Source: a virus. Taken from it: a stretch of DNA of 64,000 nucleotides. Where the stretch lies: positions 2,022-66,021 of the IMG/VR virus record IMGVR_UViG_3300044542_000416; one strand, given 5' to 3'. The notes under the pieces were generated by a model. That model saw only the letters and a program-made list of their open reading frames with translations. It did no database searches and had not been told where the DNA came from. Within the stretch, counting starts at the first letter, position 1; each line of letters opens with the position of its first letter. Positions 10,113-19,984 of this stretch are shown here, in pieces. A program made the translations under genes and the position numbers.

Positions 10113-10412
10113 TCATTCATAAGTTCCATATTGCATTTGTAATATAAAACTGCTTACAAGCAGCTTATATTTTTCGTTATCCTTAGTCGTTAGCTGTCTA
10201 TTATCATACATATCTTGCACCATAGCTAACGTTAAAAGCTTTGCCTTGTTTTCAAACCTTGCATTAGCAATTTTAATGTCATAATCAGCTATTCCATCTT
10301 TTAAATATCCCTCTGCATTGTCAATAAATAACTGTATCAAATCATCTTCCGCAACGTTATCCGCATCAACTCTTATGTAAGCTTTTGCTTCATCTATTGT
10401 TAAAATCGCCAT
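10113..10412 (-). CDS. Head-tail connector (gp6-like)
   Basis: EAKAYIRVD...EDDLI...DMYDNR motif. Confidence 0.88.
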   Translation of the reverse strand: MAILTIDEAKAYIRVDADNVAEDDLIQLFIDNAEGYLKDGIADYDIKIANARFENKAKLLTLAMVQDMYDNRQLTTKDNEKYKLLVSSFILQMQYGTYE

Positions 10413-10461
10413 TTGTTCACCAACTTTCAAAAACAAAGCCGCCTAAAATGGCGGCTAATAA

Positions 10462-11667
10462 TTATGAAATTGTTACAAGTGGAGAATAGAAGGCAATAGC
10501 AGCTTTTTTATCAAGAAGCTTAGTATCCATTGCGCCGATTACTCTCATTCCTGTTGCATCTTCATCGAAATAAATGCTTCTGTCAGTATCAATAGCAAAG
10601 CTTTCATGCTCGAATAGTTTTATAGCCTCTTGCAGATTACCGATTATAACAGGGAATTGTGACACAGTAGCTATTGTTTCGTTTTTAAGCTGCCTATCAT
10701 CGAACACAACAATCTCTTTTCCGCTATAACGATATGCAGCAGGATTTGTTATGTCCTGCTGCAAATATCTTTTTCCTGTAGTATCTTTTAATGACAGGAG
10801 ATAATTAAATCCTGTCTGATTAGTATAAATTCTACATTCTGCGCTTGCGGAAACAGCCATAGGCAATGAAACATTGAGTATATTATCAATGTAATCAAGT
10901 GTAACAGGTGCCGTCAGATCCTTATGTATTACGATACCGCCATCGGTTACACCTAAAAGCCCTTGTGCTTTCGTACCATCTGCATAAAATGCAAGTACGT
11001 TTCTCGATGCAACCATCTTTTTCGCAATCCATTGTGAAATATAAGCCATTAAACCGCCTGTTTCATTTTTAAGCAGCTCGTTAGGTATCTTAAGCATACC
11101 TTTATAGTAATTGCAAGTATATCTTATGTCTTGGAATGTTGGCTCATCAATAGCCGGAATTGTTGTAAGCTCGGCAACTTCCGCAAATGGTGTGCTTTCT
11201 GCCTCGACTTCATAAACCCTTGAACCGCTTATAGTGTTTACGGTTTCTCTGCTTGCGTATTGCGCCATGTCGTTATAATTTCTTAACCACGTATTAATAG
11301 ATGTCTGAACATCTTCCGGTATCAAAAGTTTTCCGTTTGCATCTGTAAGTGAGGAAAGAGCCTTGATTTCTCTTTCGCCTTCCATAGGTTTTCCTGCAAG
11401 GGCTTTTGCAAATACTTTAACCTCTAATTTTTTCGCGTCAATAGGTTTGTCAGCACCTTCAACTGGAATTTCTGTGCTTATTTTTGGTTCTTCACCTTCT
11501 TCAACCAAAAGCTGCGCGTCAAGTTTCGCCTTAATCAAATTTATTTCGTTTGTTTTTGCATTTATCTGCTCTACTGTTGCTTTATCATCGTTAACAAGTG
11601 CTTTAGCCTCGGCTTGTGCTGTTGCTAAAGTCTGTCTTAATTCATCGGATACTTTCATTTTTAACAC
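10462..11667 (-). CDS. Major capsid protein, HK97 family
   Basis: Coiled-coil delta domain, LLIPEDVQTSI, IIGNLQEA; after prohead protease. Confidence 0.92.
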   Translation of the reverse strand: MLKMKVSDELRQTLATAQAEAKALVNDDKATVEQINAKTNEINLIKAKLDAQLLVEEGEEPKISTEIPVEGADKPIDAKKLEVKVFAKALAGKPMEGEREIKALSSLTDANGKLLIPEDVQTSINTWLRNYNDMAQYASRETVNTISGSRVYEVEAESTPFAEVAELTTIPAIDEPTFQDIRYTCNYYKGMLKIPNELLKNETGGLMAYISQWIAKKMVASRNVLAFYADGTKAQGLLGVTDGGIVIHKDLTAPVTLDYIDNILNVSLPMAVSASAECRIYTNQTGFNYLLSLKDTTGKRYLQQDITNPAAYRYSGKEIVVFDDRQLKNETIATVSQFPVIIGNLQEAIKLFEHESFAIDTDRSIYFDEDATGMRVIGAMDTKLLDKKAAIAFYSPLVTIS

Positions 11668-11674
11668 TCTCCTT

Positions 11675-12373
11675 TTAAATTATCATTGTAAGTTTTAATT
11701 TTGCTATTGCTCTTTCAATTTCGTTTTCTTTTTGTTTTTTTTCAGCCTGTGCAGCTATTTTTTTGTTATTTAGCTCATTTTTAACCTTATTTATAACCTC
11801 ATTTGGTAAAAGCCCATTGCCATAGCTTGCCGCTATCTGATTGTTTTCATCAAACATAATTTCATCTGCAAAGCCAAGCTCTTTGGCTTTTTTGGCATCC
11901 ATCCAGGTTTCATCAGCCATAAGATTTAATATTTGTTCTTTCGGAAGTCCTGTTTTAAGCATATAAGCATTTGCCATACCTTCATCAACAGTTTTTAGCA
12001 CGGAGGCTTCATGTTCTAAGTCTCTGTGGTCACCGCTTGTCATTTCAGCCGAATTATGTATCATCATTTGAGCTGTAGGCGCGATTTTTAAGGTTTTAAC
12101 GCCCATTGCCACTATGCTTGCCGCACTCGCTGCAAGAGCAACAACCTTGCCCGTTGTATTGCCAGCATAGTCTTTCAATATTGCGTATATTTCAGAGCCA
12201 ACGTCAACATATCCCCCCGGAGAATTTATTATAACCTCCAAATCGTCGCCGTTTGCGTCTTTTACAACATCTTTAACTTTTTGTGGCGATGTGTTAGTCA
12301 TTCCAAAGTAGTCATAAACCGGCGCGTCGTCATCAGATACAAGCAGTCCCTTAATTTCCAGTGTTTTCATCAA
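11675..12373 (-). CDS. ClpP-type prohead protease
   Basis: INSPGG, AASAAS, MMIHN, ETWMDAKKAKELGFADEI. Confidence 0.95.
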   Translation of the reverse strand: MMKTLEIKGLLVSDDDAPVYDYFGMTNTSPQKVKDVVKDANGDDLEVIINSPGGYVDVGSEIYAILKDYAGNTTGKVVALAASAASIVAMGVKTLKIAPTAQMMIHNSAEMTSGDHRDLEHEASVLKTVDEGMANAYMLKTGLPKEQILNLMADETWMDAKKAKELGFADEIMFDENNQIAASYGNGLLPNEVINKVKNELNNKKIAAQAEKKQKENEIERAIAKLKLTMII

Positions 12374-13629
12374 TTTTCACCTCCTTTGCCATATTGTTTG
12401 CCTACATTATCCAAATTAATTATGTTTCCATTTCCAACAAGTTCATTTGCTTTTGGATTGTCTACATATGGCAGTCCAAGTTCTTCTCTTGCCTCGTTTG
12501 GTGTATACATAAGGTTGTTTAATCCCTGCTGCAATACACCCATCTGTTCAACCGGATTAAGTTTAAACAAGGCTTTCGGGTCTACTTCAAGAACTGTGTT
12601 TTGCTTTTCCTTTGCTGTAAGCATCTTTCTTGTGTACTCTTCACTGTAGGTTTTAAAAATAGGCATCATAGTGTTGGTATATAATGCCTGCTGCTGCGTT
12701 ACACTATTGGAATAGCTGCTCTTACTGTAATCATTTACAAAATTAGGAGATACACCAAAGGCCGCAGCAATGCTTAATGCATTAGCTTGTCTTATAGTAC
12801 TAAATTCTGCGTCAACAAGTTTGCTGTCCAGCGGCGTAGCAGTAATTCCTTGTGGCAATGGTATAAAAGCTCCTGTTGCAGATGTAGAAGCATAACCTTC
12901 TACAGTTTTTACAAGTGCCGTCTCCGCACCGGGGTCTAATTCGCCTGTATAATACAAGATTACTTTTGAACTCTGCATATTGCCTTTATACAGCTTTTCT
13001 AAGTATTGCTGTCCATATTTTGCCGTTTCTATCTGCTCGCTTAAAATCTGTCTTACACTTTTACCTACAATGCCGTCAAAAGTAGATGATGTTTTAAAAT
13101 GCAATATATCATTCATGTTAAATCGGTATTGTATTCCTGTTTTACTGTCATTCCAAACATACCACAATGCATTTGGAATGCCGAAAAGTCCCCTGTCATC
13201 CATCCATATTGTTACTTCCGCAGAGGGCAAAAGCCATAAATATTTTAACTGCCCGGCATTTCGGCCTGCTCTGTATCTTTCCATATAAACATAGGCATTG
13301 CCGTAATGGTTCCTATTCATTTCCACGGCCTGTTTCAGTGTCGTGGCAGTGTAATAAGGGTTAGGCTCGATATTAAGCAGATAGTTTAAAGTATTATCAT
13401 ATACACGCTCTTTGCCTTTTGTTCCATCAATTGTATATTTCTTAATATCAAGTTTTCCCATTATCTCGCTTAATGTCTTTAAGCAAATAAAATATGTAGT
13501 TTCGCTTAAAGCGTCACCCGCAGATGCAGAATCTATACCCAAAGATGATAAAAGTGTACTTAAGCTATTTAAGTTATAAGCCGTTGTTTCTGCTCTTATT
13601 TTCTTAGTCTTTATACCAAATAATTTCAA
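12370..13629 (-). CDS. Portal protein, HK97 family
   Basis: LLNIEPNPY, YGNAYV, ILHFK, TPNEAREELGL. Confidence 0.95.
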   Translation of the reverse strand: MKLFGIKTKKIRAETTAYNLNSLSTLLSSLGIDSASAGDALSETTYFICLKTLSEIMGKLDIKKYTIDGTKGKERVYDNTLNYLLNIEPNPYYTATTLKQAVEMNRNHYGNAYVYMERYRAGRNAGQLKYLWLLPSAEVTIWMDDRGLFGIPNALWYVWNDSKTGIQYRFNMNDILHFKTSSTFDGIVGKSVRQILSEQIETAKYGQQYLEKLYKGNMQSSKVILYYTGELDPGAETALVKTVEGYASTSATGAFIPLPQGITATPLDSKLVDAEFSTIRQANALSIAAAFGVSPNFVNDYSKSSYSNSVTQQQALYTNTMMPIFKTYSEEYTRKMLTAKEKQNTVLEVDPKALFKLNPVEQMGVLQQGLNNLMYTPNEAREELGLPYVDNPKANELVGNGNIINLDNVGKQYGKGGEN

Positions 13630-13644
13630 TTACTCACCCCCTGA

Positions 13645-13845
13645 CTATCTGTTTTTGGCTATAAAAAGGCCACCGAAAATAAAAAAAGCACCGATTAAAT
13701 AAAACATCAGCGTCTTGTTTATGCGATAGGTGGCATAGCTTACTAATATTATTCCTATAATTAACATAATTTCCGCAGGGTAAGCCTTTAAAAACCCCTT
13801 AAATTTTCCATGGCAATTTTTTATTAAGCTTTTATTTTTTTTCAT
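13645..13845 (-). CDS. Small membrane protein between terminase and portal
   Basis: Two hydrophobic segments; ATG at 13845. Confidence 0.65.
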   Translation of the reverse strand: MKKNKSLIKNCHGKFKGFLKAYPAEIMLIIGIILVSYATYRINKTLMFYLIGAFFIFGGLFIAKNR

Positions 13846-15547
13846 TTTTACCCCCAAACTTTGCATAAAAATTATTAATGTAATCCTCTGATAATTTCGG
13901 TGGTTTATCTTCTTCAATAAAAAGTTGCGAGTATGCAAAAATGCCACCCATTACTAAATCTATCCTTGATTTGTTTTTATTTACTTTATTCAACAAAATA
14001 TCTCCGGTTGTTCTTCCTTCAACTGTTGTAGTATTGCTCATGCACCAGTCAAGCAATGCATTTTTTTCATATTTCACGATGCCTTTGTATACATCATCCC
14101 TGAACTGTTTTATTGCAGGGCTAAGCACACTATAAGTCTGTTTAAGTAATACTACATCAAATTCTTTTGCAAGCTCCTGCATTGTAGCAGTGATGTTGTA
14201 AGGGTCGGTAGCTATAATTATAACGTGGCATTTATATTTATTTTCTATTCCTCGTATTCGCTCTTTTAATAAGTTATAGTCAACGATATCTCCGGGCGTA
14301 ATCGTACAATATCCTAAACTTTGCATCATACGATAATCTATTTTTTCTCGCCTGTCAGGCAGTGTATTTTCAGGCAAAAAAGCATGCGCTTTCAAATGAT
14401 ATATACCATTTTCTTTATACATTATATCAAGTGCCGTTAAATCTGTTGTCAATGAAGCATCTACACCGATAACAACGTTTTTCCCGGTAAAGTCTATGTG
14501 TTCAACTTCGCATTTCTTCCATGCTTCAAGTTTTATGTACGGCTCACCCGCATTGGATGGAAGGAAATTATTCATATCCTTTGTGATATATTCTTCTTTT
14601 TCTTGCGGTTTTGCTTTCACCATTTTTCTGTTATGGCGTATAGTATCATAATTTTCCTCAATTCTTAACGGATTGGCTTGATATATACCTATATCGTCCC
14701 ATAAATGCTCCGGCTCTGCATAATACAATAAAGCAAACTGTCTTTCATCCTCCCATACTCCATCAAATACTTCTCGAATATATTTAATATCCTCTTCCAT
14801 GATTGAATTGTTAATCGCATAAGCCGTTGTTGTTCTGAATACAAGAGGGTTTATAACATTCTTTTGTCCGCCTTTTAAAGCATTAAAATTATCGGCATTC
14901 TGAAAGTTTGCGTGTTCATCAGAACATAAAGCACTCGGCCTAACACTATTATTTTTCCCGCTTTCTGCTGTTCTTGGCTGGTAAAAACTATGAGTTAATT
15001 TACATTCAATTTTTCCGGTAAACGTTTTGCTTACAGTAAAATGCTTACTTATAAGAGGACTTGCTTCAAGTATTTGTGTCATGGCTTTTCTTATTTCTGC
15101 TGCTAATTCTCTTGTTAAGCAAATAGAATAAAACTCACTGTAGTTTTGCTCTGTCAACATTAAAAGCAAAAAAATAAGCGCTACGATCGCAGTCTTTGCG
15201 TTTTTTCTTGCTATAAAAAGTGTAATATCATTATGCTTAAACTTTTTGGGATTGTTTTTAAATCGCCATGCAAACACATTTGTAATTAAAAAACACTGAA
15301 ACGGCGCTAAATTCTCAAGCACTTGTTCGCCTGCCACAAAGCCAGTAGCAAAATTAAACAGTTTAAGCAAGTTATTAATTTTATTTAATGCATTATTATC
15401 AAAGTAAAATTCAAATTCTTCGGTTCCTTGCCTCTCGTAATAATCTCTTGAAAAGATTTTACATTGTGCTTTTACCTCTTTCGTAGTTATTTCAGTACCG
15501 CTTATAACGTCTTTGGCATACTTTAACGCTCTATCAAGTAAAATCAA
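13832..15547 (-). CDS. terL: Terminase large subunit
   Basis: Walker A variant IARKNAKT, Walker B LCSDEH, nuclease GVDASLTTDLT, RIDLV. Confidence 0.95.
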   Translation of the reverse strand: MILLDRALKYAKDVISGTEITTKEVKAQCKIFSRDYYERQGTEEFEFYFDNNALNKINNLLKLFNFATGFVAGEQVLENLAPFQCFLITNVFAWRFKNNPKKFKHNDITLFIARKNAKTAIVALIFLLLMLTEQNYSEFYSICLTRELAAEIRKAMTQILEASPLISKHFTVSKTFTGKIECKLTHSFYQPRTAESGKNNSVRPSALCSDEHANFQNADNFNALKGGQKNVINPLVFRTTTAYAINNSIMEEDIKYIREVFDGVWEDERQFALLYYAEPEHLWDDIGIYQANPLRIEENYDTIRHNRKMVKAKPQEKEEYITKDMNNFLPSNAGEPYIKLEAWKKCEVEHIDFTGKNVVIGVDASLTTDLTALDIMYKENGIYHLKAHAFLPENTLPDRREKIDYRMMQSLGYCTITPGDIVDYNLLKERIRGIENKYKCHVIIIATDPYNITATMQELAKEFDVVLLKQTYSVLSPAIKQFRDDVYKGIVKYEKNALLDWCMSNTTTVEGRTTGDILLNKVNKNKSRIDLVMGGIFAYSQLFIEEDKPPKLSEDYINNFYAKFGGKNEKK

Positions 15548-16011
15548 TCAGAATCACCACGCAAAGCATTTAACACCGGGTCGTCTTTTTCTTCTTCTGC
15601 ATTAATATTTAAAACTGCAAGAGCGGCGCGGTCCTTCGGGGAAAGGCCTAATTTACTGCTGAATTTTTCAAAGATTTTTGAGTATCGTTCATAAGCTTTT
15701 GTAGCATTATTCTCCTCGCCGGCATTGTTAAACAATCCTTTTTCATTTAATTGTATCTGTGCCTGTGCCATTCTGTCTAATGCTTCGGCAACAATGCCAA
15801 CTACAAACATATCTCCACCACTCAAGAAATCATCAGGCAAAAGAGATATTATCTGTTTATATTTTCTCTTGCCTGTTTTACTAAGCTCTCTTGGAGGGGT
15901 AACGGAAATTGGCTTACTGCCTTTTAATTCATTTTCCGTCGTTTCCCTTTGCTTAATTTCGTCTTTTCCGGTTTTCCCGGTCCTTAATTTTGCTGGTTTT
16001 ATATTCGCCAT
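15544..16011 (-). CDS. terS: Terminase small subunit (P27 family)
   Basis: PPRELS, KLGLSPKDRAAL motifs. Confidence 0.9.
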   Translation of the reverse strand: MANIKPAKLRTGKTGKDEIKQRETTENELKGSKPISVTPPRELSKTGKRKYKQIISLLPDDFLSGGDMFVVGIVAEALDRMAQAQIQLNEKGLFNNAGEENNATKAYERYSKIFEKFSSKLGLSPKDRAALAVLNINAEEEKDDPVLNALRGDSD

Positions 16012-16029
16012 TTTCGTTCCTCCTTCCTT

Positions 16030-16115
16030 ATTGTCCTGAAACTGGCAATTTTTTAAAATGAATGAGCAGGAGACGGTCTACGCCTGATGGTCAAAACTTT
16101 TTCCTATCCCCCTCT
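16030..16115. other. Putative cos packaging region of prophage 1
   Basis: GC-rich core (GACCGTCTCCTGCTC on minus strand) between HNH and terS, the usual cos location in HNH/P27-terminase phages; exact cut site not determined. Confidence 0.45.
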
Positions 16116-16546
16116 GTATCAATGTAATCAGCTTTATACTGCTTTATCAGTTTAAACAAGTATTCTTGCATCTGTTCTTTGTTACCGGTGTCATACTCTT
16201 TATGTATCTCGCTATGGCTTGCATTGCTAAGATAGATAAGATTATCTATGTCATATATCCTTGTGTTATCATCCTTAATTGGTATGACGTGGTGACTTAC
16301 ATTTCCATAAATAATTTTTTTATATTTGTACAGTTGATATATGTCTAACCCATTAAACTTTGCTTTACACAGTTCGGTTAGCTTTTGCCAACCTTTGCTG
16401 TGATAGATAGCGTAAGATGTCTTATCTCTCGAATTAATATCGTACCTCTTGTCTCGTTCCTTTTTCGCCTTAGATGAACAGCCGTTCGGGCATTGTGTAC
16501 CTATTTTATATTTTGCGCCACATATTGTACAAATTTTAAACAGCAT
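16091..16546 (-). CDS. HNH endonuclease (terminase-associated)
   Basis: CxxC...C N-terminus; SHHVIPI...NLIYLSNASHSEIH. Confidence 0.9.
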   Translation of the reverse strand: MLFKICTICGAKYKIGTQCPNGCSSKAKKERDKRYDINSRDKTSYAIYHSKGWQKLTELCKAKFNGLDIYQLYKYKKIIYGNVSHHVIPIKDDNTRIYDIDNLIYLSNASHSEIHKEYDTGNKEQMQEYLFKLIKQYKADYIDTEGDRKKF

Positions 16547-16576
16547 AATAAAATCTTCTCCTTATTGCCTTGCAAA

Positions 16577-16705
16577 CAAAAAGGGCACCACTAAAGTGAT
16601 GTCCTTAAATGAAGGAAAAGTTATAGAAAAACCTTACTACCTAAATTTCATCAATAGCATAATAACACGATTTACCCTCTTAAAACTGTCAACTTTTTGT
16701 CAACA
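16577..16705 (-). promoter_or_regulatory. Late promoter/leader with activator direct repeats and terminator hairpin
   Basis: TGTCAAC direct repeats at 16687 and 16698; hairpin plus U-tract at 16577-16606; homologous to 54610-54736. Confidence 0.55.
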
Positions 16706-16709
16706 AATT

Positions 16710-17111
16710 TTAAATTCCTAATTCCTCGGCAACATGACTTATTAATTCATTTTTTCTACGATTAAAGGTTTCATAAGATACATGAAGTTCATCGCACATT
16801 TTGTATATATCTCTACGACATTTGACATATTTCATTTTGAATATCTGCCTATGGATTTCAGTAGAATTTTGCAAAACCTTTTCTACAACATTTATTATTT
16901 GTTCCATCTTCAGCATTGACGGTACTGTGATAAGTTTCAATGCTTTACTTTCCGTTGGATTTCCTAAGTTATTCCCTTTTGGCATACCATCCGGCGGCTC
17001 AGGAGAGCTTTCAAGTATAGATTCTCTCATGTTTTCAATATTTTTTTTATATTCACTGTAATGATACAGCTCAAATTCTATGTATTTATAAACTCTTCTA
17101 TCAGTTTTCAA
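16710..17111 (-). CDS. Late transcriptional activator, RinA/ArpU-like
   Basis: YIEFELYHY, NPTESKA, C-terminal HTH; position before packaging genes. Confidence 0.85.
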   Translation of the reverse strand: MKTDRRVYKYIEFELYHYSEYKKNIENMRESILESSPEPPDGMPKGNNLGNPTESKALKLITVPSMLKMEQIINVVEKVLQNSTEIHRQIFKMKYVKCRRDIYKMCDELHVSYETFNRRKNELISHVAEELGI

Positions 17112-17112
17112 G

Positions 17113-17418
17113 TTATTCCTCCTCTATCAGCGCCCTAAGAAGTATCAAGTAATTTATACTATCGCATATTTTTTCTTCCCAAAGCTCCTTAGAATAAGCT
17201 TTTCCGCTCATGCACATATCATAAACGCTTACTGTATGCTTAGCCATCATGCCCGCAAGAGACTGTATAGGCGTTTCATTTTTAAGCTTTGCAGCGGTTT
17301 TAAAATTATGCAGCCTATCCTCCGTAGAATATTCCTTTGCTTTCTTACTAAGTGTATGTACGCATTTATTAAGCAAGTTGTTAAGCACTGTATCAAATTT
17401 ATCTGATGTCATTATCAT
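17113..17418 (-). CDS. Nucleotide-modification-associated / MazG-fold-like small protein (DUF1599-like)
   Basis: KAKEYS...LHNFK...EKICDSINYLILL pattern. Confidence 0.55.
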   Translation of the reverse strand: MIMTSDKFDTVLNNLLNKCVHTLSKKAKEYSTEDRLHNFKTAAKLKNETPIQSLAGMMAKHTVSVYDMCMSGKAYSKELWEEKICDSINYLILLRALIEEE

Positions 17419-17810
17419 TCCTCCTTAGGTTCATATTTATAAGCAAGCCATTTCTTGCTGTATGTAATAGTATTCGCCCATTTCGTTAATGCTCTAATTC
17501 TTCTCCATCCATCATCATAAGATAAACTATTCTCCCATAATCCATCATGAGATAAAAATTTACACCATAGCCAACCATTATAGTTATCTTTAAACTCTTT
17601 CTTCAGTTCTTCTATCGTCAGCGGCTTCGGATTCTCCCGTTCCGCTTTTTCTTTAAGTGCCTCGATAATCAGATTGTATCTATATATTTTTGTAGTACAT
17701 CTGTCACAGAATTTCTGGTCAAATTTGTCATACGGCAAAGGCTTTCTTTTCGCTTTGAAATAATTAATTCGAAATTTACAATAATCAATTGTTTTTTCTA
17801 TCTCAGTCAT
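17415..17810 (-). CDS. Hypothetical phage protein
   Basis: RBS and tight packing; PLTIEELK and YSKKWLAY motifs shared with next gene. Confidence 0.7.
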   Translation of the reverse strand: MTEIEKTIDYCKFRINYFKAKRKPLPYDKFDQKFCDRCTTKIYRYNLIIEALKEKAERENPKPLTIEELKKEFKDNYNGWLWCKFLSHDGLWENSLSYDDGWRRIRALTKWANTITYSKKWLAYKYEPKEE

Positions 17811-17812
17811 TT

Positions 17813-18022
17813 TTATTCCTCCTTCAAGCTCAAATTAAGCTCATACGCTAACCAAGCTTTGCCGTAATCCTTAAATTTATATAAATCATAATTAGAAGCA
17901 AATACACCTTCAAAATTTACAGTTCCATATAGTGTCATGTTATAAAAAGTATCAAGTATTTTTACGGCATCGCCGCGGATACTTTTCAACCGTTCTAAGG
18001 TCATCGGCTTATTTTCTTTCAC
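17813..18022 (-). CDS. Hypothetical phage protein (paralogue of previous gene's C-terminal domain)
   Basis: PMTLERLK and YGKAWLAY motifs. Confidence 0.65.
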   Translation of the reverse strand: MKENKPMTLERLKSIRGDAVKILDTFYNMTLYGTVNFEGVFASNYDLYKFKDYGKAWLAYELNLSLKEE

Positions 18023-18034
18023 TCTTACACCTTC

Positions 18035-19402
18035 TCACTTATATTTCTCAATTCTTGCTTTTAATGCCTGCAGCAGTGCTTCCTGTACACCGCATTTATT
18101 ATCAAGGGCTTTTATTACGTCTTCATCAACGGTGCCCTCAGCAATCAGATGGTGTATAATTACCGGGTACTTTTGCCCCTGCCTATGCAGTCTTTTATTT
18201 GCCTGCTGATACTGCTCAAGACTCCATATAGGCCCAAACCAAATAACGTGATGCCCGCCGTCCTGAAGATTAAGGCCATATGCCGTACTTGCCGGATGTG
18301 CAAGAAGTATATCTATTTCGCCGTTATTCCATGCTGTTTCGTCATCGGCGTTTTTAAACAGTCTGACTCTTAGCTTTGTTTTGCTAAGTGCTTCAAGTAT
18401 CCTATCCCGTTCATGCTGGTATCTGTAGAAAACAAGTGCGTGCTCGCCGTTCAAGCTGTCTATCAATTCCATAAAGGCTTCAATCTTACAGGTATGTATA
18501 AGCTGTGCGTTATGGTCTGCGTCGTAAACTGCACCGCCGGCAAGCTGTAAAAGCTTTCCTGTAAGTGTTGCGGCCATATCAGCTGTTATGGTTTCGCCGT
18601 TTACTTCAAGCAATGCCTTTTTTTCAAGTGTTTCGTATGCTTTTTGCGCCTTAGTGTCAAGAACCACGGATGTATTTACCGTCATACAGTCAGGAAGTTC
18701 AAGATAATCCTCGGCTTTCATTGAGATACAAATATCACCTATAAGATTTTGAATAGCTTCCTCAGCGCCGTATTTCGGCTTATATGTGAATATTCTTTCC
18801 GCCGAACGCTTGTCCGGATTAAAATACCGTTCTCTGAATTGCCCTAAGGTTTTTCCAAGTCTTGCGCCTTCATCAAGCAGATAAATCTGCGCCCATAAAT
18901 CAATTAGGCCGTTTGATGACGGTGTTCCTGTAAGAAGCACAATTCTGTTAATTTTTAGCCGTACTCTTTTCAATGCCTTCCAACGTTTAGTATTACGGTC
19001 TTTAAAACTGCTGCTTTCATCAACAACAACCATGTCAAAAGGCCAGTCATTGCGGTAATACTCAACAAGCCATTCAACGTTTTCACGGTTGATAACGTAA
19101 ACGTCAGCCGTTGCAGCAAGTGCCGCAATACGTTTGCTCTTGCTTCCAAGTACCTTTGATACTCTCAAGCACTGTAAATGCTCCCATTTTGCCGCTTCCT
19201 TGCTCCATGTTGTTTCAGCTACTTTCTTAGGTGCTATTACAAGTACTTTTCGTACTTCAAACCTGTAATACTTCAATTCCTTAATGGCTGTAAGTGTTGT
19301 TACCGTTTTTCCAAGTCCCATATCAAGCAGGAGACCTAATGCTGGTTCATTAATCAGCCTATCAATACAGTATTTTTGATAATTGTGCGGTTTAAATATC
19401 AT
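18035..19402 (-). CDS. SNF2-like DEAD/DEAH helicase
   Basis: DMGLGKT, VVVDESS, LTGTP, GLNLQ, RLHRQGQ. Confidence 0.95.
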   Translation of the reverse strand: MIFKPHNYQKYCIDRLINEPALGLLLDMGLGKTVTTLTAIKELKYYRFEVRKVLVIAPKKVAETTWSKEAAKWEHLQCLRVSKVLGSKSKRIAALAATADVYVINRENVEWLVEYYRNDWPFDMVVVDESSSFKDRNTKRWKALKRVRLKINRIVLLTGTPSSNGLIDLWAQIYLLDEGARLGKTLGQFRERYFNPDKRSAERIFTYKPKYGAEEAIQNLIGDICISMKAEDYLELPDCMTVNTSVVLDTKAQKAYETLEKKALLEVNGETITADMAATLTGKLLQLAGGAVYDADHNAQLIHTCKIEAFMELIDSLNGEHALVFYRYQHERDRILEALSKTKLRVRLFKNADDETAWNNGEIDILLAHPASTAYGLNLQDGGHHVIWFGPIWSLEQYQQANKRLHRQGQKYPVIIHHLIAEGTVDEDVIKALDNKCGVQEALLQALKARIEKYK

Positions 19403-19691
19403 TTGAACTACTTCCTACCATCCCTCTTATAAAACAGTCAACCTTATCCTTGCTGTCAATTACATTTACAATCTGCCCCATTGCTCTAAGCTCTTTATGC
19501 TTTGCATGCTGTAACACCGTAGGCTTTTTCCCCGGCGCCTTAAGTTCAACAAATACCGCTGACCGAAAAGGGAATATTACTATCCTGTCAGGCACTCCGT
19601 CATTTCCGGGGCTTACCCACTTATAGGCTTTGCCGCCGAATAATTTAACTCTTTGAACTAAATATTTCTCTATATTTTTTTCATTTTCCAT
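19392..19691 (-). CDS. VRR-NUC domain nuclease
   Basis: KWVSPGNDGVPDRIV...FVELKAPG. Confidence 0.92.
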   Translation of the reverse strand: MENEKNIEKYLVQRVKLFGGKAYKWVSPGNDGVPDRIVIFPFRSAVFVELKAPGKKPTVLQHAKHKELRAMGQIVNVIDSKDKVDCFIRGMVGSSSNDI

Positions 19692-19719
19692 GACATTTCA
19701 CACCTCAATTTTTTAGTTG

Positions 19720-19972
19720 AACCTACAAACCTACAAACTTTTTACCTATACATTTATATATAAAGGATTTAAGGCGTTATATATTGATAAACTCCATTCA
19801 TATTAAGTTTCATGAAATAATTGTAGGTTTGTAGGTAAATGGCTCTAAAGCCTTGAATTTACTATGCTTTTAACACCTACAAATTTGTAGGTCGATTGTA
19901 GGTTTGTAGGTAGGAATTTATATACGTACTTTCGTATACCTACAAACTAAACCTACAATTACCTACAAACGG
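19720..19972. repeat. Iteron array (CCTACAA, about 11 copies in both orientations), putative origin of prophage 1
   Basis: CCTACAA/TTGTAGG repeats flank an AT-rich stretch directly downstream of the primase-helicase gene. Confidence 0.75.
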
Positions 19973-19984
19973 TGTAAAAATGTA

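Noticed and set aside
15190-15215. TerL Walker A RKNAKT as an inactivating mutation
   Set aside because: RKNAK(S/T) is a normal variant in this terminase family; other motifs are intact
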